DNA of 24,219 bases from IMG/VR virus record IMGVR_UViG_3300025280_000165, positions 1 to 24,219 of that record. One strand, 5' to 3'. Positions 23,627 through 24,219 of the stretch are shown here, one piece after another (within the stretch, counting starts at the first letter, position 1; each line of letters starts with the position of its first letter). The position numbers were made by a program, and so were the translations under genes. The notes below the pieces were generated by a model. The model worked only from the letters and a program-made list of their open reading frames with translations. It ran no database searches and was not told the DNA's origin. The DNA comes from a virus (taxonomy: Duplodnaviria > Caudoviricetes).

Positions 23627-24219
23627 GTACCAGAACTTTATTTACTTGTCCCGATACTCCCGATGGCTTGAAGAGGAAGGTCGTAGGGAGACATGGGATG
23701 AGACTGTTAATAGATTAATTAGTTTCTTTAGAGTACATGTGGAAACAAACCTTGGAGTTAAGGATCAACTTGATACCAAGGATTGGACTATGATACGTAA
23801 TGCTATTCTACATCTGGAAGTAATGCCTAGCATGAGATCGTTGATGACTGCTGGACCTGCCCTTGAGAGAGAGAATATAGCTGGATACAATTGTTCCTAT
23901 ATACCAGTAGATAATCCAAAGTCCTTTGACGAGATACTTTATATTCTTATGAATGGTACAGGTGTAGGCTTCTCCGTTGAGAGGCAATATGTCAACCAGC
24001 TTCCTACTATTCCAGACGTAGCTTTTGATAAGACAGATGATGTTATTAGTGTAGCTGATTCCAAAGAGGGATGGGCCAGAGCATTCAAAGACTTGATATC
24101 CTATCTGTATACCAACAGAATACCAAAGATAGATGTAAGCAAAGTACGTCCTGCTGGCTCCAGATTAAAAACCTTTGGTGGTAGAGCCAGTGGTCCTCAA
24201 CCGTTGGTAGATCTGTTTG
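23610..24219 (+). CDS. nrdJ: Class II (adenosylcobalamin-dependent) ribonucleotide reductase, 5' part
   Basis: Not in ORF track because it runs off the edge. ATG 23610 after GGGGAG: MGLPTEYQNFIYLSRYSRW..RRETWDETV, MPSMRSLMTAG, GYNCSY, GTGVGFSVE, DSKEGW, FGGRASGP. Confidence 0.95.
   Translation, partial: MGLPTEYQNFIYLSRYSRWLEEEGRRETWDETVNRLISFFRVHVETNLGVKDQLDTKDWTMIRNAILHLEVMPSMRSLMTAGPALERENIAGYNCSYIPVDNPKSFDEILYILMNGTGVGFSVERQYVNQLPTIPDVAFDKTDDVISVADSKEGWARAFKDLISYLYTNRIPKIDVSKVRPAGSRLKTFGGRASGPQPLVDLF

Noticed and set aside
1-24219. tRNA genes, integrase/att site, phage RNA polymerase, stop-codon reassignment
   Set aside because: No cloverleaf or T-loop motif or relevant protein motifs were seen; long genes are intact under the standard code and all three stop codons are used.

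Overview
A 24-kb piece of a tailed dsDNA bacteriophage, probably a lytic podovirus-like phage of marine Proteobacteria (host is inferred, not shown). It has two divergent arms. The minus-strand arm (1-7738) is the head/packaging module: large terminase, an orphan gene, a P22-like portal, two small ORFs, GroES, scaffold and two head-associated genes. The plus-strand arm (8349-end) starts with about 25 small early genes, including ParB-like, DUF932, Gp88-like, SleB-like and an unannotated ArfA-like peptide. It continues into a T7-like replication module: primase-helicase, PD-(D/E)XK nuclease, IscA/HesB, Tyr762-type family A polymerase, SSB, Cas4-like exonuclease, GIY-YIG, DUF3310 and class II RNR. 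No phage RNA polymerase, integrase, tRNA or CRISPR array is visible. The most unusual signal is non-coding. The early intergenic spaces (about 8070-10120) hold a family of repeated multi-hairpin elements: an exact 44-bp hairpin duplicated at 111-bp spacing, two homologous ~100-bp cassettes, long RNase III-like stems, and short hairpins whose stems covary completely while keeping a TATCAT loop just upstream of ribosome-binding sites. All family calls come from motif recognition by eye, not database searches.
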